A DNA stretch of 64,000 bases from Rhizodiscina lignyota. Lineage: Eukaryota. Under the pieces are notes generated by a model, which was given only the letters and a program-made list of their open reading frames with translations, did no database searches and had not been told where the DNA came from. Position numbers and translations under genes: made by a program. This document shows positions 11,325 through 23,876 of this stretch, piece after piece (within the stretch, counting starts at the first letter, position 1; each line of letters opens with the position of its first letter). The stretch lies in NCBI GenBank assembly GCA_010015805.1, contig ML978131.1, forward strand, positions 186,001 through 250,000, read 5' to 3'.

Positions 11325-11601
11325 GTTGGTAGCGTTCTTGGTGTTTTCGCATGTTATTGATGAAGTCAAGCTTCGAAGATTTATAAGAAGACCGAAGAAG
11401 CGCGTTTTTAAGGTGTCCTTGATGAGTGTTGCTGATGATGAACGTGAAGGTAGTTGAAGTGGGGCAATCCAAACGCGAGGTCAAAAAGCGCGACACGAAG
11501 TCACGTGAGCCACTCTACCTCGTTGCAGTGTCGCCAAGGATCCGCATTCAAGTTGCGTGCTCTTCAGCTGAGCCTCTGTAACTACTCAATTGAGGCCCGA
11601 A

Positions 11602-12501
11602 ATGCCTCTCGATACCTCCACCTACTCCCTCGCACTCCTCCGCCTCGACGGTAGAAGATGGAACGAGCTTCGCCGGATCCACGCCCAAATTTCTACCCAA
11701 GCTGCCGCAGATGGATCGAGCTACCTAGAAATGGGCAACACAAAGGTCATCTGCACAGTGGCTGGTCCAGCAGAGGGTAGAAGAGGTGCTGTAGGAGGCG
11801 GTTCGCAGAGCGAGATGAGGATAGAGGTAGAAATCAATATTGCAGGTTTCGCTGGCGTTGAGAGAAAGAAGAGGAGTAGAGCAGACAGGTGAGCAAAATA
11901 TATCACCATGTTTTCCAGCCTTCCGTGTGAAAAATTCAGATGATACGAGTACTAATCATGCCTCTACAGGAGAAACGCAGAGCTCTCACACACCGTCCAA
12001 TCGGCCCTCGAGTCCACCCTTCTCACCCACCTTTACCCCCATAGCACCCTCACTCTCACATTGCATATCCTTGCCCAAGACGGCGCTCTCCTCGCCGCAT
12101 GTATCAATGCTGCCACTCTCGCGCTCGTTGACGCTGGCGTACCTATGTACGACTACCTGGTCGCCTGCTCAGCAGGCAGCACATCTGCCTCAGCGGCAGC
12201 ACCACCTTCATCATCTGCAATACCAGGACTAGGAGGCATTGGTGGGAACAGAAGTGTGGGTGCAGACGCAGACGATCCGCTGCTGGACCTAAATGGGCTG
12301 GAAGAGCAGGAACTCCCGTACCTGACGGTTGGGACACAAGGAGATAGCGACAAGGTCGTCGTATGTGTTATGGAGACCAGGTGTCATGCGAGCAGGCTAG
12401 AGGAGATGCTCGCTGTAGGCATTGATGGGTGTAAGAGGGTCAGGGAGATACTGGACGGGGTAGTGAGGGCACACGGGAAGAAGATGATTGAGAACGAGTG
12501 A
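11602..12501 (+). CDS. RRP41: Exosome core subunit Rrp41/Ski6 (RNase PH domain), intron 11889-11969
   Basis: RLDGRRWNELR, ADGSSYLEMGNTKV, LAACINAATLALVDAGVPM, DPLLDLN.LEE. Confidence 0.93.
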
Positions 12502-12612
12502 TATGAAATTCCTAGAGCGGAAAGCGTTCATGTCGTTGCATATACAGCCGGAGTGGAGGCGTTTCGAAAGATACCCCAATACAGATATTTGGTCCGTTTT
12601 CCAAGACTCCAA

Positions 12613-14225
12613 TTATGCCACAGCCTCCTGGTTTGTATTCTGTCTCCTACGCCTCCAGACCTTCCTCACAGATCCTCCAGCCCAAATAAACGTCGGTACA
12701 GCGCTGATGGCACTCAACAAGCCCAAAGACCACGCCATGGTTCCCCAACCTGCATTCTCAACGACAAACCCAGCCCAAAATGGCCCAATCATAGCTCCTG
12801 CTGCGAAAGCCGTGTTAAACAGTGCATAGGCTTGCGCGTAAGCTCCTCCTTTGCCGAAAGGGCTTCCCATGCCCCGTCGTTTAGCAGAGGCTTCCTTCGC
12901 CTCTACGACAGATGAGATTTCTGCCATGACGGGTGGGAAGACGAGGTCAAGGCTGAAGCCAAACAATGCCAGCATTGTGCAGAGCAGGACTTTCTGGCCA
13001 ATAGAATTGTGGTCCACCAGTCGAAGTAGGATCAGCCATGGGGCAGCTGTCAGGAATCCTGCCGTAGCTAACCATCGTGGCCCGTACCGGTCAGACGCCC
13101 AGCCAACGAGAGGAGAGAGGAAAGACGGTATAACAATAGGAAGATATACCAGCCCAGCGCCGAGAGACGTCCATCCGAATGTCTTCTTAACGAATAGTGG
13201 AAGGACAGCGTCGAAAGAAGTCATAAGTGCAGCGATAACCATGACGTCCCAGAGGCCAGTTAGAAGGCGCCGCGAGGCAAGGAGAGAGATCATGGGAGGC
13301 AAATGCGACGCAGGGCTGTCTGAGGTCTCATGTTCTTCTCCCAATACATTGGCATCCATAGCCTTGTTAGGCGTCTGTGATGATGTATTCTTCGGAATCG
13401 GTGTGATTGGATCGTCATTTTTCTTCTCACTGGCCTGCGATATGGCGGAGATCGGTCTGTCCGCTGTTTCAATGCCCTTTCCAGCGGTCTCGGGCGTTTC
13501 CCATTTGTCGGCAAAGCGTCTTTCGATCAGCAGGAATCGGAAAACGACATCCACACCTATCAGTCCGTATTGCATGGCGAAGACTGCATTGTAACCGGCC
13601 CGTGAAAAAACTATACCTCCAAGCAATGGAGCGACAAGGATACCTAAACTCATCGCAAGACTCACGTAGCCTGAGATCTGTCAGTTTTAATTTCTCGTTG
13701 ACGACGTGACATATCCATACCCATATACTGAGCCACATTCTGTGCCTTTGCTGTATCGACAAGTAATGCAAGACCAACAGTCCAAACCACTGCTGCAGAT
13801 ATGCCTTGCAGAATTCGACCGGCAATCATAACAGGCACAGACGAACCGACATGCAACATCACAGTCGCACCAGTCAATGCCAAAAGCCCCAGCAGCAATG
13901 GAAAGCGCCTCGACGTCGTCCTATCTGCAAACCATCCACAGAAAGGAGACGCAACGAGGCATGCAGCGCCGTACACGGCAACGAGGATGGATACCCAATA
14001 CTGCACACGGTCTTGGTCGACATGAGCACGCGCATTTAGTGCAAATGGGACGACAGGAACGATGACGGCATAGAGGAAGATGTCAGTGAATATGGCGACA
14101 GCAATACATGTCGTAATGAACCATCGAGATGATCTTGTTGATAGGAATATGGGCGGGCTGTCCGGGCGGAATTGCATCCATCGTGGCCGCTGAAGCGACG
14201 CTTCGAACTTTTCAAGGAAACTCAT
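12613..14225 (-). CDS. MFS transporter, vesicular amine transporter-like, intron 13671-13720
   Basis: About 12 hydrophobic segments; FTDIFLYAVIVPVVPF, GWFADRTTSRR, GWASDRYGPR, AYAQAYALFN. Confidence 0.9.
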
Positions 14226-16528
14226 GCTCTAAGAATGTACAAGAAATAATATTCATTCGAGGGAAATGGAAAATATATGGAAATTGGAATAGGAATAAAG
14301 ACGAAATAACGTAGATGACGAAATGAGACCCAACGTCCTCAACAGCACAACGGTGCGAGTTTCCATGGGCCAGACATCCGAAGTGCCCCACCAAAGCATG
14401 AGTCGAACTTCGTAAAAAGTTTCCGGCACGCCTTTGAGTTTGACGTGCTCCAGATCAGCCTACACTGCATTTGGCAAATTCTTGCTGTCAACGGCATTAC
14501 GTGCCGTCCCTCTCCGCAGACCGCCAGAGCTAGGGGAGGAGAAGCTGGATGAGGCGAAACGAACTCCGGTGGAGTTCAAGAACATCGCACGTGACGAAGA
14601 ACCTTCATCCAGAACTGGAACGTTTGGGATAGAGACACTAAGTGATCCTTGTGATGAATTTATCCAAACATCGACGTTACTTCGATCTCATTCCTGTGTC
14701 TTTCTGGTCGGTTAAGAAGTTTGGTTGAGAACCCGTAGTGCGTTGACGATGGCATGGGCATATTTATTATCCAGGCCTCGCCGAATGAAGACTGTTAACC
14801 TCAAAATGAACGAATAGAATACATTCACGATATACGGTTCGGGTTATGTGGTCGAAAGATTGTAAACGTATTCATTGATCTGCCTTCAAGGAATGTGAAT
14901 AGCTCTGTCTCGAGAGAAGAAGATGAGCGTTGGACCACTTCGGCGTCTCGAAACTATGGCGGCGAAATGTTTTGATAGCCAATGAGGCCAACTTTCGACC
15001 GAACGTCATCATCCTTGGGAGTCCGGAGTCCGGGAGCTCATCGATATCTGAGCCATTTTTGGCCAGAGGTGTTACGATAGATCACGTGTGGTACAGCAAC
15101 GAATATAAATTTCTCACTCCTCATGGATTTTCCTCTCTCAATCAATTCTTCCTTAAAGAGGATCCTTTGAGATACTTCTCTTCGCGTTTTCTGATATTTT
15201 CGTGGCGCTGCTCACCCAGTTAGCAGTCTTCACATTCGCATTGGAGGTCACCTTCTCGTAGTTTCATTACACACCCCAGAAAGTAACCCTTGCGATATAA
15301 TGATCTGTTTATTTCTAAAGCGGCGTATTCGGTTCGAGGAAATTCGTGTTATGAAGTAAGTCATGATCGAGGGAAGGTGCGAAAGGGTGGCAAGGCATCG
15401 TGCCTTCCGCAGCAGCGCTGGGGTGTAACTTTATTCCAACTGCATATTTTCAGACCAGTGGAGGAGTACAATGATTTCGTGCAGTTGCTTCGATTATACT
15501 GTCCAGTCGAGCTTGGTGTATCACTGGTTACGTGGTAGACCTGCGCGGTGATCAGCCTTTGCCACCAAGATCAAGTCGGTGATTGAACCCACCAAGTAAC
15601 GCTCTCTTCCAAATGTAGCTTCATTTCACCCTGCGTTCTCTGATGTCGAAAGTGGCTGCTTTGTCTCGTATTCCACGTTCTTCTCATCATTCCACCTTAT
15701 CTCAGCCTTGGGGTATGCGCCTCGTATGCGGAGTAGAAATTCACTACCGAACCTTCGCTCCGGTTTGCGATGCTAATTTGATTGATAACACTTTCCCACA
15801 TCTGCTCATTTTTCCCCTCTGATGTTTTTCGCCAGCCTACTACGAATATTCCTCCGGAGAACGTGGTCGGTCTCGAAGTCCATTTCGTCAAAAGTTCATT
15901 GTTCTGTCTGCTTGAAACCGCCATCAGCACCTCTTTTGCAGGAATCACAGGAATTATCGCCTATCCGGGAAGGTATTTGATATAACGATCGAAAAGGGCA
16001 GTATCACAATCCAGGCTATCATACAGCTGTGTCAAATGCTTACGCCAGCTTGGCGGTCCGATGTGCCTGTGTGCCTAAGCTAGGGGGTCACCGAAACGAA
16101 AAAGCGTTGCACGCAGTCCTGGCGTGAATTTGCAGGTTAAAAAGGGGGTCTGGTTGCACACCTTCCCATAACGACAGCTGCGCCCTTGTCGGCGAGTAAT
16201 AGTTTACCTGCCATTCGCCCAGTCGCTGCAGGTATGCTGTTATTAGGCGCCGCACCTTCCTTAACTTAAAATAGCGGGTGAGAGACGTGGGGCGCTCTGG
16301 CCAAAGCGTCACGCAGAGAAATAGCCACTTGCAGCGCGCCGCAGACAGTGAGACGCGGCTGAACCACCAAAGCAGAAGATTCACTTGCCGCCGGATCTTG
16401 TCGAACTGACCGATGAGTATGTAATAGAGACAGCGCCGCTTTGTTGTCACCGAGGGGCGGGTGTAATACCGTAGCTTCTTTCCTTTCAATCTTTCCCTTT
16501 CAACCCTCTTTTGGCGCGCAAAATAAGC

Positions 16529-18137
16529 ATGCGCAAGCTTTTGAAGAACGCGGCTCTGGTCGCCGCCGCGGCGTTTGGTATGCAGCCCCCACACGACTTG
16601 AGAGCTTGGCTGGCACTGACAGAAACGTAGCGACACTTTCAAGTGCTTTTGATCTTTCCTCAGTACCTTCGCTCGAAGCACGAGAGTCGAGTAACAACAC
16701 GAATGCCTCCGCCACCTTCTTCTACAGCCCACCTCACAGTACCGATGTCAACTTCACATTTACCCTCACGGCCGTGCAAAAGACTGGAGACCTCTTCTTT
16801 AGACTCTCCGTTCCAAATGAGTGGTCATGGGTTGCAGTTGGCACTGGCAGCCAGATGAAAAGCGCTTTGATCTTTCTCACCTATGCCAATACGAATGGGA
16901 AAGGTAGGCTGCAGAGAATGAGTGGCCGTTTAACGGAATCACCAAGTGCTGATACGTATGTTCATCAGATATTGTTCTCTCTCCGCGCATCGCAACCGGC
17001 CACAGCGAGCCCTCTTACAATTCCAAAATCAACCTTAGTCAGGTCGACCCTCCGTCTGGCGATTCCCATCCGAACGGTGTACATGATGACACATGGTTTA
17101 CATCTGGCATATGCAGAAACTGCACAGCTCCCGGCCTTGGTGCAAATTCAATCGACTTAACCTCCACATCGCAGCCCTTCATATTCGCGTTTGGCCCTCA
17201 GGACAAAAATCCGGATTCCAATTCGCTTTCTGCGCCCCTGAGACGACATACTGCATATGGATATTTCGAGATGGACATGACAAAGGCCACGGTGACCAGC
17301 ACGGACGATGATGATATCAGCAAAATTACGGTACCTGCGCTTGGAACGGGCTCGAATGGCGCATCGATCCAGGGCGATATTCATGACGATCACGAGACTT
17401 CCAGTCCGATTCACGCGGTTCTCATGTGTTTTGCTTTCCTGGTTGCATTCCCATTGGGTGTTTTTGCGGCTAGAATAATGGGCAAAGTTGCTTGGCATCA
17501 AGCAGTACAAAGTGTGGGAATGATCATAGTCATTGGCGGAATGGGCGCGGGGTTGTATGCCGGGAAGTTCTATAACAGAGTGAGTTTTCTCATGTCTATC
17601 GTTGATCCCTGATGCTAAGAGTATGCGTAGTCTAAGCACGTCACGAACGGACACCAAATTTTCGGACTTCTCATCGTAGCTCTGATTCTCGTCCAATGGG
17701 TTCTCGGCTTCATTCACCACAGGCACTACGTTAAGACCCAGCAGCCTTTCAAGAATGGCCTGTTCGTCAAAATCCACCGCGTTCTCGGGCCGGTCGTCAT
17801 GGCCGCAGGCGTCATCAACGGCGCATTTGGGTTCCGCTTCGCGCTGACACGCTGGAACCTCATCTACGTACCGCTCGTCCTCGTAGTTATAATACTGCTC
17901 ATCGCAAGCGCTGGTATCAAATTCTTCCTTGGTAAAAAGCACAGGGCGAAGGAGCAGCCGACATACGGAAATGCACCGCCTGTCTATCCGAACGCCCCAG
18001 CGCCGCCGTATAGTGGCGTGGGAACGTTCTATCCTCCGCCGGCACAGCCATACAATGACAATAATAGCTGGCAGGCAACGAGAAGCGATATTCAGCTGAC
18101 GAGCTTTGAGCCCGAGCGGCCGAAGCAGATGGTATGA
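16529..18137 (+). CDS. Membrane protein with signal peptide, DOMON/CDH-cytochrome domain and cytochrome b561 domain, 4 exons
   Basis: MRKLLKNAALVAAAAF signal; WVAVGTGSQM (Met ligand), LSPRIATGHSEP, LRRHTAYG (His); TM histidines IHAVLM, WHQ, GHQIFG, IHR; PPxY motifs in the tail. Confidence 0.85.
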
Positions 18138-20003
18138 GCATAGATACCCGGGATAAGGCGTTTTGCTGAGTATTTCGGCACATGTGGGTTTTGGCCTGTG
18201 GCGTTGGGTGATAGCGTTGGGAGCGGACGAATCGCCCTCGGATATCCACGATTAGATACGAACTTTTGAACCTTTTCCAAATCTCCTTGATGTGAATTTG
18301 ACATAGAGACGTCCGCTCTGCATTTGCCCAGTGTGTACTGGTACTACAGAGTTAGTGGGAAAGGTAACACTGTACGAATGACAGCGAACTGCTTAGATCT
18401 ACTGTCCCCATCGCACCGCCAAAGAGGACCAGCTCAATGGCCCCAATTCTCTTTCCATCAATCAAATCCGGTCGTTCTTCACCAGGCATTCGTGGCGCTT
18501 TGAATTTCGAGCCAAGTACGATGCCCACCTTGGCTCTGCTGACCACTGTCAGAGCCGAGAATATACTTAGATGCATGCCCAGAATGCAGAGTAAACACAA
18601 ACAGAAATGCCAGCGAAACGCAAGCTAGGCAAATAAAGCGAGTATGTATGCTGACTAGCAGTTTCCTGAATTGAGATATACTAATTGAACCTTGCATCGG
18701 AGTAATTCCGTAGAGACTTCGTTGGAGCTTCAGTATCCGTATATTGCAATTTATTCCGCAAATGGGCATTTGTGTAGTGGAATCTACAGTTCGAATGCGC
18801 GATACATCCCACGAAGCAGGACAACAAGCAGGAGCTCATTCAAGAGCACTTGTATTCTACACGTTCTCGACATGGGATCTGAACGGATGAAGACCCGAAA
18901 GAGCAGAGCAAGAATCTAAGATCTGCTTGGTTCCTTACCCGTAATCACAGTTCCAGGCAGTGTTGGTGCAGTTGAGATTGCAAATGCCTTGCTGAAAGAA
19001 TTGCCATTGCTGTCTGAAGAACATTTGTTCGACGATGCACTCTAACTAGACTCTTTCGCGTTATGCGGCACCATACGAACCTTCGATTCGAAAGATGTCG
19101 GGAAGAGAAACTGATACAACCGAATCCAATGCTATCAAGCCCAATCTTTCGAGCCTGTCCAGGGAAGCGCTCATGTCATCCGACTTCCTGACGGAACTGG
19201 ATCGGTGGAGGTACGATTGGCCTTTGCTACTGAGCCCGGGCCGGCCATCCCAAGCTCGGGCTTGTGAGACATAGTATACGGAGCCGATAGCAAGTATAGG
19301 ATTTGGATTATATAGACCATCCTCGAAAACTTGAGAGGATTGGGAGACGTGGATGATCTCAAAGCCGATGAAAGGACGGCCTCACACCTGACAAGCGGAA
19401 TCACAAACGGGGTTGAAGAGAGCGAAATGGGCGACGTGGCTACCATCGGAGGAGAGAAATGCGTATTGTGGAAGCAGAGCTAACGAGAAGCTCTCTTGAT
19501 TAGATCCGAGGCTTTGGTATACGGGCTATTCATTCGCGCATGGGAGGTCCTTTGGTCGTTTCTTAGCTATGCACATAAAGCCGAGCCCGTGGGGACGCCA
19601 TTGTCGGTATATAGTGAAAACTGAGAAGGTTGGTGAGTCGATGAAAATGGCTTGTCGTCTCAAGCCTGAGATTAATACAAAAGTGGAGACTCCTTACCTA
19701 TTCTTAGACAGGCCCACGTGAGGTTTTTCTCGAATAGGAAACATGAAGGTCTCAGGCGTGAACCTTGGGGAAATACACCTCGCATTTGTACTTATTGACG
19801 AGGCAACTTAAAGGTGTGTAAGCTGATTTTAAACCGCTGATCTATAGGTTTTAGTTTTCGTATATGATATCGTGACTGCAGCACAGTTCTGCGGCACAGC
19901 AGAATTGAAAGGAACTTTTGGTATCAATCTAAACATAATACAAAATAAATACAAGTTACGTCCAGCTAGAAGGTAGCTTCCACACTACGGTTCCGGAAAT
20001 CGT

Positions 20004-21751
20004 TTACCGTCCGAAGTACTTCAGCTCTATCGGCCTAGTGATCGCATACGCCGTCGCCGCAAAAGCAAAGCCCAGCTCGAAACCAACATCACCACCGAAT
20101 GGTGCCTCGCCCGCATGCAGCGCAATAGGGCCGACATACCACACCTGGCTCATGCCTGTAACCATACCCGCGATACCACAGCAGAAGGCGAAGATTGCGG
20201 CGAAGCCAGGAGGGAGCTTTTTGCCGTCATCATAGCTGGCGGGATTGTAGCCACTGAATCCTCGCCTGAAAACGAAGTGCTCGGTCACGGAAATGCCTTC
20301 GTAGATGGCGAGCCAGTATCTAAGGAAATCGGTCAGTAAACTGTACAATTAATTTAACATGGTCCGGAAAGTACATACCCAATGAAATCCATGAAGTTGC
20401 TTAGTACGGTCTCGAAATGATAGTATCCCGGAATTGCGATCGCGATGTAAACACCAGTGGCGACGGCCGTCCAGATGAAACGGGGGACGACGCGAGTCCA
20501 GCGGCCAAGGACCATCATGGTCAACGCCACCGAGTAGATGTTGGGGCAGTTGTTCGCAATGATGGACAGGGCCAGGATTACCAGGCAGAATTTGCCGAAG
20601 GTTCCAAGTGGTGGGAAGAGCACAGCAGCGAGGAGACCACCAGTGCCAGAAGCGGTATATCCATCCATCCAGCGGTTGTTGCCGCCATCCGCAGTGGTGG
20701 CAGTCATGATTGCGATTCCCAAAAATTCAGTAAAGAGGAGTGCGGGAATGAGACCGAGCCAGGTGGCGAAGAAGACCTTGGTACGGCTCTGGGTAACAGG
20801 CTGGTAGACGGTGTAATCTGCTGCGTACGATGTCCAACCGGTGGCAAAGCCATACACAACAGCGCCGAAGGAGAGGACGGATCCCATTTCAGAGGTTCCA
20901 ACGCCCATCGGGATGTTGACGAATGCGCCAGAGTGTGCAAATACACCCAGAACGATCAGGAAGATGATGAATGTCGGGATCCAGCTCCAGAATTCGTAAG
21001 CGTGAACAATCTTGTACCCAAAGAGGGTGACGAAGAATGTGCATACTGCAATAATGATGATTCCAGCGTATCCAGGGACGTCGTTGTTGACAGCATTGAG
21101 TAGTTGGGCCCCGACGATGGAGTTAACGCTAGACCAACCGATGCAAGCGAGAACATTGAAGACGGCAACTGTAAGAGTCAGAGAATGAACGGAGGTTCCA
21201 TATGCAGGAATACTGACTGATCTTCACTCCCCACCATCCAAACCAGAATCTCGAGAGCACCATCTGTCGAAGTCCGAACCGAGGCCCAAATGAGGAGAAG
21301 TAGCAAACCGGGAGAACGCCAATCAAGTTGAAGAAGAGGCACGTCAAGATGGCGTCGACAAAGCCGAGGAAGAATACGCCGTTTGCGAGCAGTCCAATGG
21401 CGAAGGACGATACGACCATGTTGGCGGAGAGCCACTGTAAATCAAATTTCATTAGAGGCTGAGCTCGTTTCCTGAGTTGTCACCTCATACCATTGTTCCC
21501 ACGTTCAACAGGCCCATAAACGCTCCCTCGGTCCGCTCATCATCTGGCACGCGCTCGATGCCACGCTGTTCAATTTTGAATCTTCCCGCCAGGCGCTGCA
21601 GCTTTGCATACGTCGAATCGCCGACCTCGAAACTCTCACCTGGAACGGCATTATTGTCGTCGACTATCGATGGGTGTCTCGCGCTGTATGAGAAGGCACT
21701 TTCGCCGGGATGCTTCTCTGGATCGTAGTCCATTTTCGCGTTGTATTCCAT
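20004..21751 (-). CDS. FCY2: Purine-cytosine permease (NCS1 family, Fcy2-like), 4 exons
   Basis: IEQRGIERVP, WLSANM, GPRFGLRQMVLSRFWFG, GWTSYAADY, ANNCPNIYS, GGDVGFEL. Confidence 0.9.
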
Positions 21752-23876
21752 GTTGTCCTGGAAACGACGATGCGAAGAAAATTTTCTGGAAGGGCTGCTG
21801 AGAGTTTGATCCCTTGCGAAGGCCTATATGAATAGGAGAGACTCGAACGTTGAAGCGACGGCAGGCGTTGACGATGAAAAACATCATTGCTAGGGCCCCA
21901 GTCCGAATACTTATAACGATGCTTCCCGCCCACGCGCTGGGGGTCTGCTTGTCGCACATCGGCGAGCCTGATCGCTGGGTGTCGCGATAAGTCTAAGCTA
22001 CATGCGGTAGGCACTGGCAGGAATGGCGGAGGTTAGTGGCCACATCCGCGTTTGGCCTGGCGGGACCGTCCATCATCATGCATAGAGGGAGCAGGCCGCT
22101 CGCTTGTCTTTGCGCTTCTCATATGTTTCAGCAGCAGCGAATACAGCCAGTAGTCAGCATGCCGGTAGATGCAGACGCAGGTGCGCGATGTTGCGAAACA
22201 TTCGCTGCCATAACCACGCGGGAGCAGATATCGCCATGGGAGCATCAAGATCGAAATACGACTTGGAGGCCTTCAGAAGCTTGCTGAGTGGCTCTCGCGT
22301 TGCCTCGTTGTTGCCGTCAAGCACCGCTTGGCCTGCTCTAGTCGTAGTTGCGGCGATACTACGTTAGCTTTCCCAATTGCGTTTGCCATAGCAGTCTCTA
22401 GACCCTCCCGTCCGCGATGATCCTGGGCCCGTGAATCTGTCATGTTAGTGGGGATCTCACGAACATCCAACGAGCCCATCAGCAAGGTGTCGTATGTACC
22501 GCCGAACCCTATCGTCGGACGGTGGCGAGCAGCGAGATCTGGGCAAAAGCAAGCATGCAACCCAATCTCCCCAGACTCGCTAGACGAATAGATAGCCCAA
22601 TCTTCTTTCGCACAGCTCGTGTTTCTCCAGCCCACAATGGGTGCAAAAAGCAGTGGCGTTCCGAGATAACGCTTGTCGCGAGAGACCCAATGAGCATGGC
22701 AGACGCGTTGCGGCTTGACGTTCGAGAATTTGTCGTCGAAGCTCAAGTACCGAGGACGCCTAACCCTTTGTAGAAGGGGTGGCCGAAGTGGTGGCTCGAC
22801 CAGGGAAAAATAGGTGGATGCCAGCTGTGATTGGAGCCGACTTTGTCGCCATCCCCGAAGCCTTTCGCTGCAACGTCGGGCTGACAATTGCGGGCTTTGC
22901 TGGCTCAAACTTTTCTCTACAGCTGCAAAGACGCTTCCATCCATCTCTGCCTGCGGACTTGCCGACGCAGATGCGCTATAGCCTATACGCCGTCCTCTAT
23001 GATTCCAATGCTAAGTCAGATTGCTTAGGCTAAGCTTGGTGTCTCTACTTCAGGGGCTGCTGCGGGGAGTTACCATGTCGGCGCCCTCCGCGTTGTGCAC
23101 GATCGAGATAGGACCCTGCCGTTTGGGGAGGTGTGGTGATGAAATTGGCAAATAGCATGCCATTATTAGAAAGCGAAGTTGCTGGACGGACAAATACGTG
23201 CTCGCGAGATCCTGTGAGATGAAAGTAGCGTTAATGCGAAAAATTTTTCCGGTCCAATAAGTGCTACGTGATAGTGTGCAGACATACTGCATGAGTCTCA
23301 CCATTACCCTTAAGGATACAGCACATTCCCAGAGCTTGTCTAACGTGGCTGTATTCCAAAATTTGTATCAAGGCTGACAGAGACGAGAGCCTGGAACATC
23401 TGAAGGTGGTCTTCCAAGATAGCACCTTTCATTCACTAGACGATATCGGAGCAGTACAATATCGTCTCGGAAGAACAGCACCTTTCGATGCCTACGTGGA
23501 CTTCTCTATGGGACAAGCGCAGGCAGACGACAATTTACTCGGCGTTCGAGTCCCTTGAAGCTGCCACGAAAGGCACACTTCAACGAGGCAAGAGCTAGTA
23601 ATACAGCACGACTTCGAACCTCTCATCACCGAGGCTCCTCTTTAGCACATCCCAAGACATTGGGAGACATTACAACGTGTGGTTCGAGCGAATCCAACAC
23701 CTTCTGACGCTGATGCAAATGCAGCAAACAACCTGAGCAATGCGGATGATCGTATGAGAAAACAAACATGAGTTCGGCCTCGGAAAAAAAGACTCCAAGG
23801 CTGATGCACCGACCCCCTCAAGATGATGAAGATATGAGATAATATATATTATTAGCAGCCTCATGCTGCGACAATG

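Noticed and set aside
12851..13594. Long antisense ORFs (also 9588-10223, 20417-21103, 24747-25325, 30350-31033, 50830-51402)
   Set aside because: Shadows on the opposite strand of well-supported genes
18350..19450. Minus-strand coding-like fragments, possible TF relic
   Set aside because: Too many stops and no identifiable motif
19884..19907. Short hairpin CAGTTCTGC-N6-GCAGAATTG downstream of the permease
   Set aside because: Imperfect 9-bp stem, expected by chance
22273..22944. 223-aa ORF upstream of the permease
   Set aside because: No recognisable motifs; GC-rich intergenic DNA gives chance ORFs
20004..23000. TPP riboswitch or UaY site (TCGG-N6-CCGA) at the NCS1 permease
   Set aside because: No TPP aptamer core or exact UaY consensus found by eye; an Infernal scan with the TPP model would settle the riboswitch question
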